This document shows, one piece after another, positions 53,381 to 63,872 of a DNA stretch of 64,000 bases (positions are counted from its first letter, which is position 1; each line of letters begins with the position of its first letter). The translations under genes were made by a program, and so were the position numbers. Location of the stretch: assembly GCF_006345805.1 (NCBI RefSeq), contig NC_043012.1, positions 45,756,001-45,820,000 of the forward strand, in the 5' to 3' direction. The stretch is from Octopus sinensis (lineage: Eukaryota). The notes under the pieces were generated by a model. It saw nothing but the letters and a program-made list of their open reading frames with translations, did not search any database and was not told the origin of the DNA.

Positions 53381-53532
53381 ACCACAACCAACTAATTGTC
53401 ATATATTATATTTATAGTTAAATTCCTCTATTTAACATAATATCGAAGTCACTTCCATTCTTTTGTTGTCATATTATTATTATTATTATTATTATTATTT
53501 TTATTTTTATCATTATTGATATTATTATTATT

Positions 53533-56500
53533 CAATAGTTTTATTTTTATAGCGTACTTTCACTTCATTACCGAGCGCAAATCTGTGTGCCTTGGGTATG
53601 TGTTGTGATTTGTTGTGATGCTCTGATGGTTATCGTATGGAAAGCATTCTGCGTAGGATGTGTGCAGTGCCTAATAGTGCAATTTTCTGTTTGTTATATG
53701 TGTTTGTAAGTGCTGGTGTTTTTGTTATGTATTTGTCTAAATATTTTTTATCATGCCTAATGCACCTACTATGATAGGAATTGTTTCTCTCTTTAGATTC
53801 CACATTCTGGTTACCTCTATTTCCAGGTCTTTGTATTTTGAAAGTTTCTCCATTTCTTTTAGAGACACGTTGTCATCTGCTGGTATTGAAACATCAATTA
53901 GAAAGCGTTTTTTTTCTTTATGATCTCTGACAACTATATCTGGTCTGTTGGCCTTAATTTCTCTATCTGTGTGTATCGGCATATTCCAGAGTATGGTTGC
54001 TTTCTCGTTTTCTGTGACCTTTTCTGATGTGTGCCTATACCATCTTTTTGCTGTTGTTATTCTATAATGTTGGCATAGCTTCCAGTGTATGTAGGTCCCA
54101 ACTCTGTCGTGTCTGTGAATATATTCCTTCTAAGCCAGGACTGGGCAGCCAGAGATAATATGATTTATTGTTTCTTGTCCATCTCCACATATTCTGCAGT
54201 TACTTGTTATATTTCTTTTCATTACATGTTTTGGTAATTGCTGGTGGGGAGGCTTTGGTCTTGTGCTGCAATTAAAAATCCCTCTGTCTCTGCTTTGAGT
54301 CCAGAGCTACTCAACCATTGCTGGGATTTTTCTTTGTCTATTTCTTCTGCATTTAGTTTAGTCCAGTATTTGCCATGAAGGGACTTTTCTTGCCATCGTT
54401 TTATTATGGTTCGTTGCTGTTCTAGTTTTAGTTTGGATTTCATTTGTTTTATAGCTTTTGTTGTTTCTTCATCTTCTTCTTTTTCATATTTGTTAGGTGG
54501 TATGATTTCTTGTTTGTATTTGTCAGCTTCCTTAAATACTGAGAACAGCTTTTTGTTTTGCTCGTGTTTTGCCGCTATTTGTATCAGTTTTCCTTGCTTC
54601 TGAAGTAGATATTTTTGCAGTCCTATGCTGGTTATTTTATAGTAGTTTTCCAGCTGTATAAGGCCTCTACCACCTTCTATACGTTGTATATATATAGCCT
54701 TTCTATGTCAGATTTAGGGTGATGCATCCTAGATCCTGTCATTTTTCTTTTTTTCCTATCTACTTTGGTCAGTTCATTTAGAGTCCAGTTAAGGATATTG
54801 TAGCTGTAACTTATAACTGGGACGGCTAAAGTGTTAAACCTATTATCTTGTTTTAGCATTGAGCTCTGTTTTTAGTATTGATCTAATTTCTCTGTAATAT
54901 TCTTTTCTTATTTTCTCTTTCATTTGTGTGTGTTGCGTCTTATCTAGTTCATGGATTCCTAAGTATTTGTAAGTTTGGCTTTGGTCTAATTCTTTTATTT
55001 CATTGGTTTTATCTAGTGTGATGTTGCTACTCTTAACTAGTTTTCCTCTTTTCAGGGTTACTTTGGCGCATTTTTCTAATCCAAATTTCATATCTATTTC
55101 TTTGGTGAATTCATGAACTGTCTTTAGTAGTGTTTCCAGCTGTTTGTCATTTGTAGCGTATAGTTTTAGGTCATCCATATATAAAAGGTGGCTGATCGTT
55201 TTGCCGTAACATTTATATCCGCATCCAGTTCTATTTAGCAGATCAGATAGAGGTGGCAGTGCCAAGCAGAAAAGGAGTGGAGAGAGCGTGTCTCCCTGGA
55301 ATATTCCTCTTCCAATGGGGATGGCTTTCGTTTTTATGAGTCCGTCTTTTGTTTGGAGCTGTAGCACTGTTTGCCATTTATTTATAGTGTCCTATGTATT
55401 TTATAATTGTTGGTGCTACTTTGTTAATGGCTAGTGTTTCGAGGATCCTTGTGTGGAGAATGTTATCAAACGCCTTTCGGTAGTCGATCAATACCATACT
55501 GAGGCATTTCTTCTTTCTGTGGCTGTCTTCAGTTATGGCTTTATTGATCATTAGTTGATCTTTACAGCCATATGAGCCTTTGCGGCATCCTTTCTGCTCT
55601 TCTGGAAACAGGTTCTTTTCGTCCAGGTGCTTGTTCAATGTTTGTAATATTACTGCAGTAAATGCTTTGTACATTGTAGGGAGACAGGTTATGGGTCTGT
55701 AGTTTTCTGGCTTTGCTGTCTCATTTGATTTGGGAATTAAGATGGTTTTCCCCTTCGTGAACCATTCAGGCATTGTCTCTGGCTCTGCCAGTATGTTGTT
55801 AAAGTTTTCAGCCAGCTTTTTGTGCATTCCTGGTAGATATTTCAACCAGAAGTTGGGGATCTTGTCATGCCCAGGTGCCTTCCAGTTGCTTAGTCTTTGC
55901 AGTGCCTGGGTGACCTCTTCAGTTGTTATGGGGATCGAAAGTTCCTCAGATGCTATGTTTGTTGTTTTAATACTCTTTTTTTTTCTGGTTGTTCATTCGC
56001 CGACCATATTCCTTACCAGAATTCTTCCACTTCAACTGCCGTTGGTGCGGCAGTGATTCCTATTTTATTTTTGCCAAGTTCTTGGTAGAACTTTTTGGGG
56101 CTGGAGTTGAACTGTTTGTTTTGTTCAAAGAAACGTTGGTGTTTCTCATACCGGCGGATCCATTGTGCTTTGGCAAGGATATCTTTTTCTGTGATGTTGT
56201 AGTTGCACAGTATTTTTGTTTTTTTTTTGTTGCTTAGTAGCGTTGATTGTCTACTAATTTCGTTAAGAATCGACAGATCTTTTCTCATTTTTTGCATTTT
56301 GCTTTGGATGTTATTTATCCACAGGGTTTGTTTGGGTGGTGGTACTCCTGTTTAGATGGGTTTCAGTGAGTATCCAGCTTCTTTTGTGGCTGAAGTGGCT
56401 GCTGCGTATACTAAGTCATTTAGCTCAGTGATATAGCTTTTTGTTTCAGTGGCTATTAGTTCCGTGACGGCTAGGTTTATATTGTTTATAATTGGTGTTG

Positions 56501-57538
56501 TTGTTTTGTCTATTTTGATTTTGGTCGGAGGTCCATCTTGAGATCTGTGCTTTTCAGTTCTTTGATTATTCTACTTTTTATAGTATCATAATCATTAGGC
56601 TCCCCTTCGTTGTTTCCTGGTTTTAGAATTGTGTCACTTTCTTTCTCATCCTTATGTTTGACTCTAGTGTTTGGGCTTGCTGCTTGTCGTGCATTATTAT
56701 GCATCCTTACGGTCTGGTTTTGTTGTTTTTTGTTTACATCGTTTTTGTTTGGAATGTTACGTTTGTCTTTGTGTTTTGCTATTTCAGTGTTCATATTATT
56801 TGGCATTGTTGTGTGGCTTCTATCTACATTTTTCCTGATGTAATTTTTCTTTTAAATGTTCTATTTCTATTTCTGATATTTTTTTTTTGCGTTGAGAATA
56901 TATCTTCGTACGTTAGCTAGTTTATTAGGGTTCATTGCTGTATCCAAGTCTTTATTTATGTTATTTTTCTTCCATAATTTATATGTGTGTTGTTGTGTTT
57001 TCGTTCTTTGGGTAGGGCACTGCTGTAAAGTAAGCGTGTAGGATTGAAATGTATTCCTCACGTGTCCATATATGCCTTTTTGGTTTTATTTGCGGGGCAT
57101 GAGGAACAACGTCCGGCCCATTATTTTGACGGTCGTCATTTTCGTAGGGTACCGGTTCGTTCGTTTCTGTTGTCACATTGTTTTGCACGTGTAGCTTCTC
57201 GTACTTTCTGTGTAACAGGTTCAAAGTACGCACTTCCTGATTGTTATTCTTGGGTTGAATAATACTGGTATTATTTAATTTATTCGTAGTTCTTCTGTAC
57301 ATGGTGTTTGGGGCCGGAGATGAACTGTTGTTGACGGATCGTAATGTATCACGCATGTTTACATGTGTTGTGTTAGAGGTGGAGATGATATCGAGTTAAA
57401 ATACATTTCGTTTGGAAAATAGCAGTAAATTTCAATGAGTATTACTTACTCTGATATAGTCCAATCCTTTGTCAGGTATTTTTTGGCTCTATACGATGTC
57501 TTTGTTTCCGACGTTTGTGGATAGATTTCGGAGCACTG
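53533..57538 (-). mobile_element. R4/Dong-type non-LTR retrotransposon (RT + CCHC + restriction-like endonuclease), inserted in (TAA)n
   Basis: Single long disrupted ORF. On the minus strand the 3' end reads AATAAAACTATTG|(AAT)n. (TAA)n-rich tracts at ~53472-53532 and 57539-57660 flank both ends. Confidence 0.9.
53630..57356 (-). pseudogene. R4/Dong ORF (Myb-like N-terminus, RT, CCHC, RLE), frameshifted
   Basis: KRHIWTREEY; ENYRPITCLPTMYKAFT; EEQKGCRKGSYGCKDQL; IDYRKAFD; GIFQGDTLSPLLFCL; HLLYMDDLKLY; FGLEKCA; ETEGFLIAAQDQ; CRICGDGQETINHIISGC; NRPDIVVRDHKEKKRFLIDVSIP...KYKDL. The C-terminus is restored by +1 A in a poly-A run: ...HILRRMLSIR*. Confidence 0.9.
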
Positions 57539-57607
57539 TTATTATTATTACTATAATTATAATTATTATTATTGTTGTTGTTGGTGGTGGTGGTGTAGTT
57601 GTTGTTG

Positions 57608-57660
<53 letters not shown>
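57539..57660. repeat. (ATT)n/(GTT)n/(GGT)n compound microsatellite
   Basis: Read directly; abuts the Dong-like 5' end. Confidence 0.95.
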
Positions 57661-57663
57661 ATA

Positions 57664-57706
57664 TTCAGAGACTAGTTTCAGAGCCATTTCTCTTCATCAG
57701 TCTGAA
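57664..57706 (-). ncRNA. Minimal type-I hammerhead ribozyme motif
   Basis: UUCAGA CUGAUGA AGAG-aaaugg-CUCU GAAA CUAG U C UCUGAA. Stem I 6 bp, palindromic ACUAGU, GUC triplet. Confidence 0.85.
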
Positions 57707-58043
57707 AGAGCTTGGTTTGCTAGCTGTCGATGCTTATTCGCCTTTGAAAACTTTTACGTGAAATAAATTCACTGATCCACAAATGATACAGAAAGAACAC
57801 TTGTGACACATAGCTAACTGGAAACAATATTTCCTGGCGCTCAATAGCTGTAGCATTATTCCCTTTCCTCGGACTGTCACAGTAAGTCGGCAAGAAATCA
57901 TCACTTTATCGTGCTGCTACTGTATAAGTCTCTCTGAGGGATTTAGAAATGCAATATTTCTAATTTTGTATTTCAGTGAATTTATTTCATTTGAAATAAA
58001 TTCAAAGGTGAATAAAAATCGACAGCAAAAAAGCCAAGCTATT

Positions 58044-58084
58044 CCAGATTGATGAAGAGCAATGCCTCTGAAACTGGTCTCTGG
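58044..58084 (+). ncRNA. Minimal type-I hammerhead motif, C3U variant
   Basis: CCAGA UUGAUGA AGAG-caaugc-CUCU GAAA CUGG U C UCUGG. Confidence 0.68.
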
Positions 58085-58150
58085 TTGCTGGATCTGCTAG
58101 GTGGAAGTGCATGTCTCCTCTGTTTGAAAACTTCGGGACACTGAACGCTT

Positions 58151-58913
58151 GTGTCTCCTAGCCAACAGCAAATGTGGTTTCCTGGGGATAAATAGTAGTA
58201 GCATCCTTCCTTTTCCTGGGACTGCCACATTAAGTTGGCAACAATACATCACTTCATATATATATGTAAAGGGAAATAGAAAACTTTGCTGTGAAATGCT
58301 GTGCAGTTGGTGTATGAAAGTTTCAACTGGAAAGCCTCTTTCCCATAAATCTAGAAAATTTGAATAAAGCAGCATTAATTCAAGGCGAAAAAGCAGTATA
58401 AAATCATTCGAAGCAAAAGTGATAGATTGTTGCCAACTTAATGTGGCAGTCCCAGGAAAAGTAAGGATGCTACTACTATTTATCCCCAGGAAACATCATT
58501 TACTGTTGGCTAGGAGACACACGCGGGGTGGGCTTTCGCTCGAATCGGGATCCGCCCCGTGTCCGCCGTTGGGGTTCCCTACTGCTTTATGTGCATCTCC
58601 ATTGTCTCCCGAGATAAAAAGGATGCCAACAACAAAATATATATACTCGACTGCTTTGTGGGTCTTAACCATTGTAAATCCTCTTGTATCCGATACTTTC
58701 TAGTAAACACGATATGCTGCCTATCCTTTTAATCCTTATTTTTGCGTTGTAGCATCGTCTTTTGCTTCGAATGATTTTATACTGCTTTTTGAATTAATGC
58801 TGCTTTATTCAAATTTTCTAGAACTATGGGAAAGAGGCTTTCCAGTTGACATTTTCATACACCAACTGCACAGCATTTCACAGCAAAGTTTTCTATTTCC
58901 CTTTATATATGAA
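58151..58913. repeat. Interleaved inverted duplications (A B A' X B')
   Basis: 58151-58245 is inverted at 58426-58520; ~58253-58419 is inverted at 58759-58913. Confidence 0.85.
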
Positions 58914-59422
58914 TTGTGCAATGTGTTTGCTTCATGGACAATTTCTGTGATATCTAGGCAACCGAATCATCATGTGGTATGACAGTTGAGGTGATTTTCT
59001 TCAATTGGCCCCTCTCCCCCTACACAAATTCCTTCACTGCAGGTGCAGCTGATAACGGTCTATATTGAGGTGGCACATTTTGTAGTATGTAAATATTTTC
59101 GGAATAGTTTTATACTACAACGTTCTTTAAATTCATTCGAATCTATACAATACAGTTAGAATCGCCAGAAATATGTGGCTGTTATTCAGATTTTTGGATC
59201 TTGTTGCGTCTTTAGGTTATTTCTCATTGCCCTAATGCATATTCTAGTTCATCTTCCTTCATTGCATTTGTACATTTAGCAATTCCAAACTATACTTATG
59301 TTGTCGTTGGAAATTTCGACTTTTCTGAAGAGTAATTAATTTTTTAACCACAACACATTGTCACCAAATCGTTCACATAGAATAAATGGACGAATCTCCT
59401 ATCACTGGGCTTATAACTATGT

Positions 59423-59665
59423 TACTCTTTTTACTCTTTTACTTATTTCAGTCATTTGACTACTGCCATGCTGAAGCACCGCCTTTAGTCGAGCAAATCG
59501 ACCCCAAGATTTATTCTTTGCAAGCCTAGTACTTATTCTATAGGTCTCTTTTGCCGAACCGTTAAGTTTCGGGGACGCAAACACACCAGCATTTGTTGTC
59601 AAGCGATGTTGGGGCGGGGGGGGGGACAAACAGCCGCACAAACACACAGACACACAGACACACAG

Positions 59666-59700
<35 letters not shown>

Positions 59701-59860
59701 AGACGGGCTTCATTCAGTTTCCGTCTACCAAATCTACTCAGAAGGCTTTGGTCGGCCCGATGCTATAGTAGAAGTCACTTGCCCAAGGTGGCACGCAGTG
59801 GGTCTGAACATGGAACCATGTAGTTGGTAAGCAAGCTACTTACCACTCAGCCACTCCTGT
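59423..59860 (-). mobile_element. tRNA-derived SINE (family 1), full length
   Basis: Colinear with 6901-7303 from head to tail. Confidence 0.85.
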
Positions 59861-60380
59861 GTAAACGGTTTTGTTTACTGTTAATGATAAGGCAATGAGA
59901 TTCAACAGAAGATAAGTAGCGGGATAGAAAGCCTCCTTGAAATACGACACTGTTAATATGCGACATCTTTGCACGGACTGAATGAAAATGACTCGTGCTA
60001 CTATTTACCAATTCAACATAGGCATTATATGTCTCACGGAATTGATGCTGCCATTCTATTCCAACTCCCTCTCATTATGATTATCACTACTAGCAACAAA
60101 ACCACCACAACTACTACCACCACTACCAACACCACCATCACCAACACCACCACCAACACCAAACCACCACTACCACCACCACCACCACCACCACCAACAA
60201 CAACAACAACGGAAGCAGCAACAACTACAGCATCATCATAATCTCATAGAAGGAAATATTCGTAAAAAAATAACTTATTTTTATTAGAAGACAATTATAC
60301 GTGCTATATATATTATAATTGCCATATATATGCATATGTATATGTGTATGTGTATGTATGTATGTATGTATGTATGTATG

Positions 60381-60411
<31 letters not shown>

Positions 60412-60764
60412 CAATTTATAGTTATACATACATAAATACACATATACATTTAGCGACGCATCCATTTCCAAGTAAGTACACACACAGACGCGTACACGCA
60501 TACACACACACACACCACACACACACACACATATCTATATTGAAATCCCGATGATATAATTACCATCATTTGCATCAGCGTGGACAGTATAAACCTTCTC
60601 GTCATCATCAGCGTTCAATGAGATATTTCTATTATCCGTATCGTTATAATCATTTTAGCTTATTTGCTTAAAGTATAATAAAGTATTATTAAACAAAAGT
60701 TCTATCATTAGTAGCGAATTAATCACACTTTTATATTCACAATATTAATATTCCCTCAATTATT

Positions 60765-60896
60765 ATCATTATCATTACAAAATTACTGCTCCTCGTCGTC
60801 CTCGTCATCATCATTATCATCATCATCATAATAATAACAGTAATAATAATAACAACAATAAAAATATTTATAACGACTATATTACTAATGATAATA

Positions 60897-60927
<31 letters not shown>

Positions 60928-60963
60928 TAATAGTAGTAGTAGTAGTAGTAGTAATAGTAGTAA

Positions 60964-60996
<33 letters not shown>

Positions 60997-61028
60997 CAGT
61001 AGTAGTAGTAGTAATAATAATAATAATG

Positions 61029-61123
<95 letters not shown>
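60765..61123. repeat. (CAT)/(AAT)/(AGT) compound trinucleotide microsatellite
   Basis: Read directly. Confidence 0.95.
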
Positions 61124-61124
<1 letters not shown>

Positions 61125-61465
61125 GCACTCAGAGACTGCAAACATCCGCCTCTCAACGATTAGCCAGAGAGAATTTTTTTAAATGAGGATATCTGAAATA
61201 AACTCGGCTGCTCTCACAAATGCGAATACTAAAAATGAACCCGACTGCTCTCAAAAATTAAGTAAAATAACAGGGAGAATAATCTAGAAGACTTGACCGA
61301 TACCGGGTCGATCCCAAAATCTAATCATTTTGTGCCACTCCCAAGGACAAACATCTCTGAATATTTCATCTGAATCCCTCTAGCGGTTCTAGAGATATCT
61401 TTCCACGGACAACCAAGCAAACACGGCTGAAAAGAATATCTCCGCCTTAGCGAAAGCGGATGTAA
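61124..61465 (+). mobile_element. Non-autonomous Helentron/HINE-like element
   Basis: Subterminal inverted repeat ACATCCGC (61142-61149) / GCGGATGT (61456-61463), 3' hairpin TCCGCCTT-AGCG-AAAGCGGA, internal direct repeat CGRCTGCTCTCA; sits between (AAT)n and (AAC)n. Confidence 0.5.
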
Positions 61466-61977
61466 ATATTATAACAACAACAACAACAACAACAACAATA
61501 ATGGTGATGATGATGGTAGCGTAGGCTGCAGGTAGCATGCACGCTACGTGTGCATGTCTCCAGGATTCCCAACAAAACCTGTGATAAAAAGAAATTTTAC
61601 TATATTGTGCGTTATGCCCGTCTGTGTATCTGTTCCCTTTTCACGGTCAAACGACTAGACCAATGGTCACGATGCTTTTGGGGATTACGAAGGAGATAAT
61701 GAGGAAGGATTTTAGCGAAGAAAATGTGAAAAAGTATGATTATTTAGTGTGTATTGAGTGTGTTCACTTTACGGGCGTAAAAACAGGCAAATAAAAATTA
61801 AGGGAGAGATAGCAAATAATAGAAGCGAAGGATTACTTTTAATGATACTGCATAGGCAGCTGGTACAGCATCCAAACAGTGAACAATACTTTATTCCTCT
61901 CCACTGAATTACGCCATATGATACTATAATGGGCTTTATGTCCGTCACTCTATCCGTCTGTCTCTCTGTATATATAG

Positions 61978-63590
61978 GGAGAGAACTCATAAAACAAAAC
62001 AAAACAAAACAAAAGACGAAGACATGTGGTGTAGACAACAAACAGATGTATTAGTTTAACGCTCTGGAAGTGAAAAAGTCTTTAACGTTTCGAGCCTACG
62101 CTCTTCCACAGAAAGGAATACAGAAAGAAACGGGGAGAGAAAAATAAAGAATGTGTAGCGGCTAGCGATCTATCATGGCGAATGCCGGACAGAGGAGTCA
62201 CACGGGAGAACTAGGAAGAAGGGGAGATAATAAAGTAGTGGTAATCCCAAAACGAAGGAGAGCGTTCGTGTGTATAAATGAGTATGTATGTGCGTGTAGT
62301 AGAGGGCTGGTGACCTGGGCGTGTGCGTGAGTGGGTGATAGTGTGGGTGCTGGGAAGTGGTCAGTACTAGTGTGCGCGTGGTTGTGTGATGGGATGAGAT
62401 GTTGTGTGGTATGGTGGTCTGTGTTGCGGTGGTATGTAGTGGGGAATGTTGCGGTGGTATGTTGCGGTGTTGAGAGTGGGGAAAGGATGGGTGAGGTCTG
62501 GGTTAGGTTGAGGGTGGGGCTAGAGGTTGGTATGTGGGAGTAGGTATAAGGGATCGGGTAAGGTGAGGATATGGATAGGGAAGGTGGAGTTCGGATTGTG
62601 TAGGGTTCGGGTTACGAGGGTGGGGTGATGATGAAGGGAGCGGAGGCAGGGAAAGGTGGGTAGGAATACAGAGAAGAAAGAAGGAGGGTAGGAGTGAAGA
62701 GGAGAAGTAGGAGTCGGAATAAGAAAGGAGAGGTGGTTAGGAGGAAGTCGGTGTGAGAGGTAAAGAGGAGAGGGGAGGAAGGTTAGATGAAGAGGGGAGG
62801 AGAGATGAACCCATGTGAAGCAAAGGGGCGAAGAGAGAAGATTAATCCCCGTTCTCAGCGCAGATAGGAGTCCGGATGGCCCCTGTGCAAAGACAATCCG
62901 GACACAGACAGGTGTTGCAAAGTGTGACCGGTAGAGCGGAAATGGCGTGAGACCGGGATGGCATTGCCAAGTCGGAGAGCTGGGGATGCAGTAGATGACA
63001 TTGGTAGAAGTGCAGGTGGAGTCGGTGAGTCGATATGATAGGATCGATGATGAGTGCCAGTGAGGAGAGTGGTGTTGGATAGGTAAGGGCAAGTGCGGTA
63101 GCGTGGGCGGGAGTAGGGGAACGAGCCGGGTTGGGAGGTTGGGTTAGGGAAGACGCTCTGGACCAAGCGGTCGCGTAGGTTGTGGGCTTGTTTGAAGGAG
63201 GGGTTGCTTAGAGGTGTGCTAAGTAGAGGGGTCGGACTGGAGTCACCGGAAGGCTCGAAGAATGGTGCGTTGGAGAGGTGGCATGGTAGGTGAGGGGAAA
63301 CGGAGACAGGAGATGGCGGGGCGGGTGCAGAGGGAGAGAGCATTTGCACGGTCCACGGAACCTGCTCTGGCAAGGGCGACGTGGTTAGTGGTGAGGGGAT
63401 ATCCACGTAAGATGAAGTGGCAAGGCATGAGTTGAGACTGAGTCTAAACGTCATGTCATCACTGCAGAGCCTGCGTAGACGGAGGAACTGGGAATAGGGG
63501 ATGGAGAGTTTGATGTAGGAAGAGGAAAATTTGAGGTATGAGTGTGAGTGTGTGTGTTTGTAGTGGATGGAGGTGGTGAGAGGGATACAT
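61978..63590 (-). mobile_element. 5'-truncated Penelope-like element (RT C-terminus, partly deleted GIY-YIG region, pLTR with hammerhead)
   Basis: LTTSIHYK..SHSYL; SIPYSQFLRLRRLCSDD; LRGYP; KQAHNLRDRLV; QPGSFP; TCTSTNVIYCI; PVSRHF. pLTR-type tail at ~61978-62160 is homologous to 52810-52990. Confidence 0.88.
62080..62115 (-). ncRNA. Minimal hammerhead-like motif with non-canonical core (CUGUGGA) in a Penelope pLTR
   Basis: CUUU CUGUGGA a GAGC-guag-GCUC GAAA CG U U AAAG. Confidence 0.6.
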
Positions 63591-63621
63591 TCATACATAC
63601 ATATATATACACACACACACA

Positions 63622-63872
63622 CATCATCATCATCATCATAGTTCGACCGTGGTCGAGACAATGGAATTTACCATGCTACGCCAGACTTCACGGTCCATCA
63701 TGGCATTACGGAGGTTCTGTTGCTGGATGCCTGTATCCCTGGAGATTACATCAGGGTAGGAGAGTGTGCGCCCTCTGGTATTGCGAGTAGATGGCTTCCA
63801 GAGGAGAGCAGTAGAAATTGCCTCGTTTTCAGCTCTACAACAATGTCCAGCAAACTGGACTCTCCTACCTTT
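63622..63872 (-). mobile_element. 3' end of an RTE-type LINE with (GAT)n tail
   Basis: RRVQFAGHCCRAENE...MMDREVWRSMV ORF end, terminal hairpin TCGACC-AC-GGTCGA, then a (GAT)n tail. Confidence 0.72.

Larger units (their letters stand above)
57664..58084. mobile_element. ~420-bp palindromic element with terminal hammerheads
   Basis: Arms 57664-57775 and 57973-58084 are imperfect reverse complements, each ending in a minimal hammerhead. Confidence 0.82.

Noticed and set aside
1251-61163. Dozens of track ORFs rich in YI/IY, CV, LSIY, poly-I/L/Y/N
   Set aside because: They are translations of (TA)n, (TG)n, (TATC)n and (AAT)n tracts, which lack stops in some frames; no protein signal.
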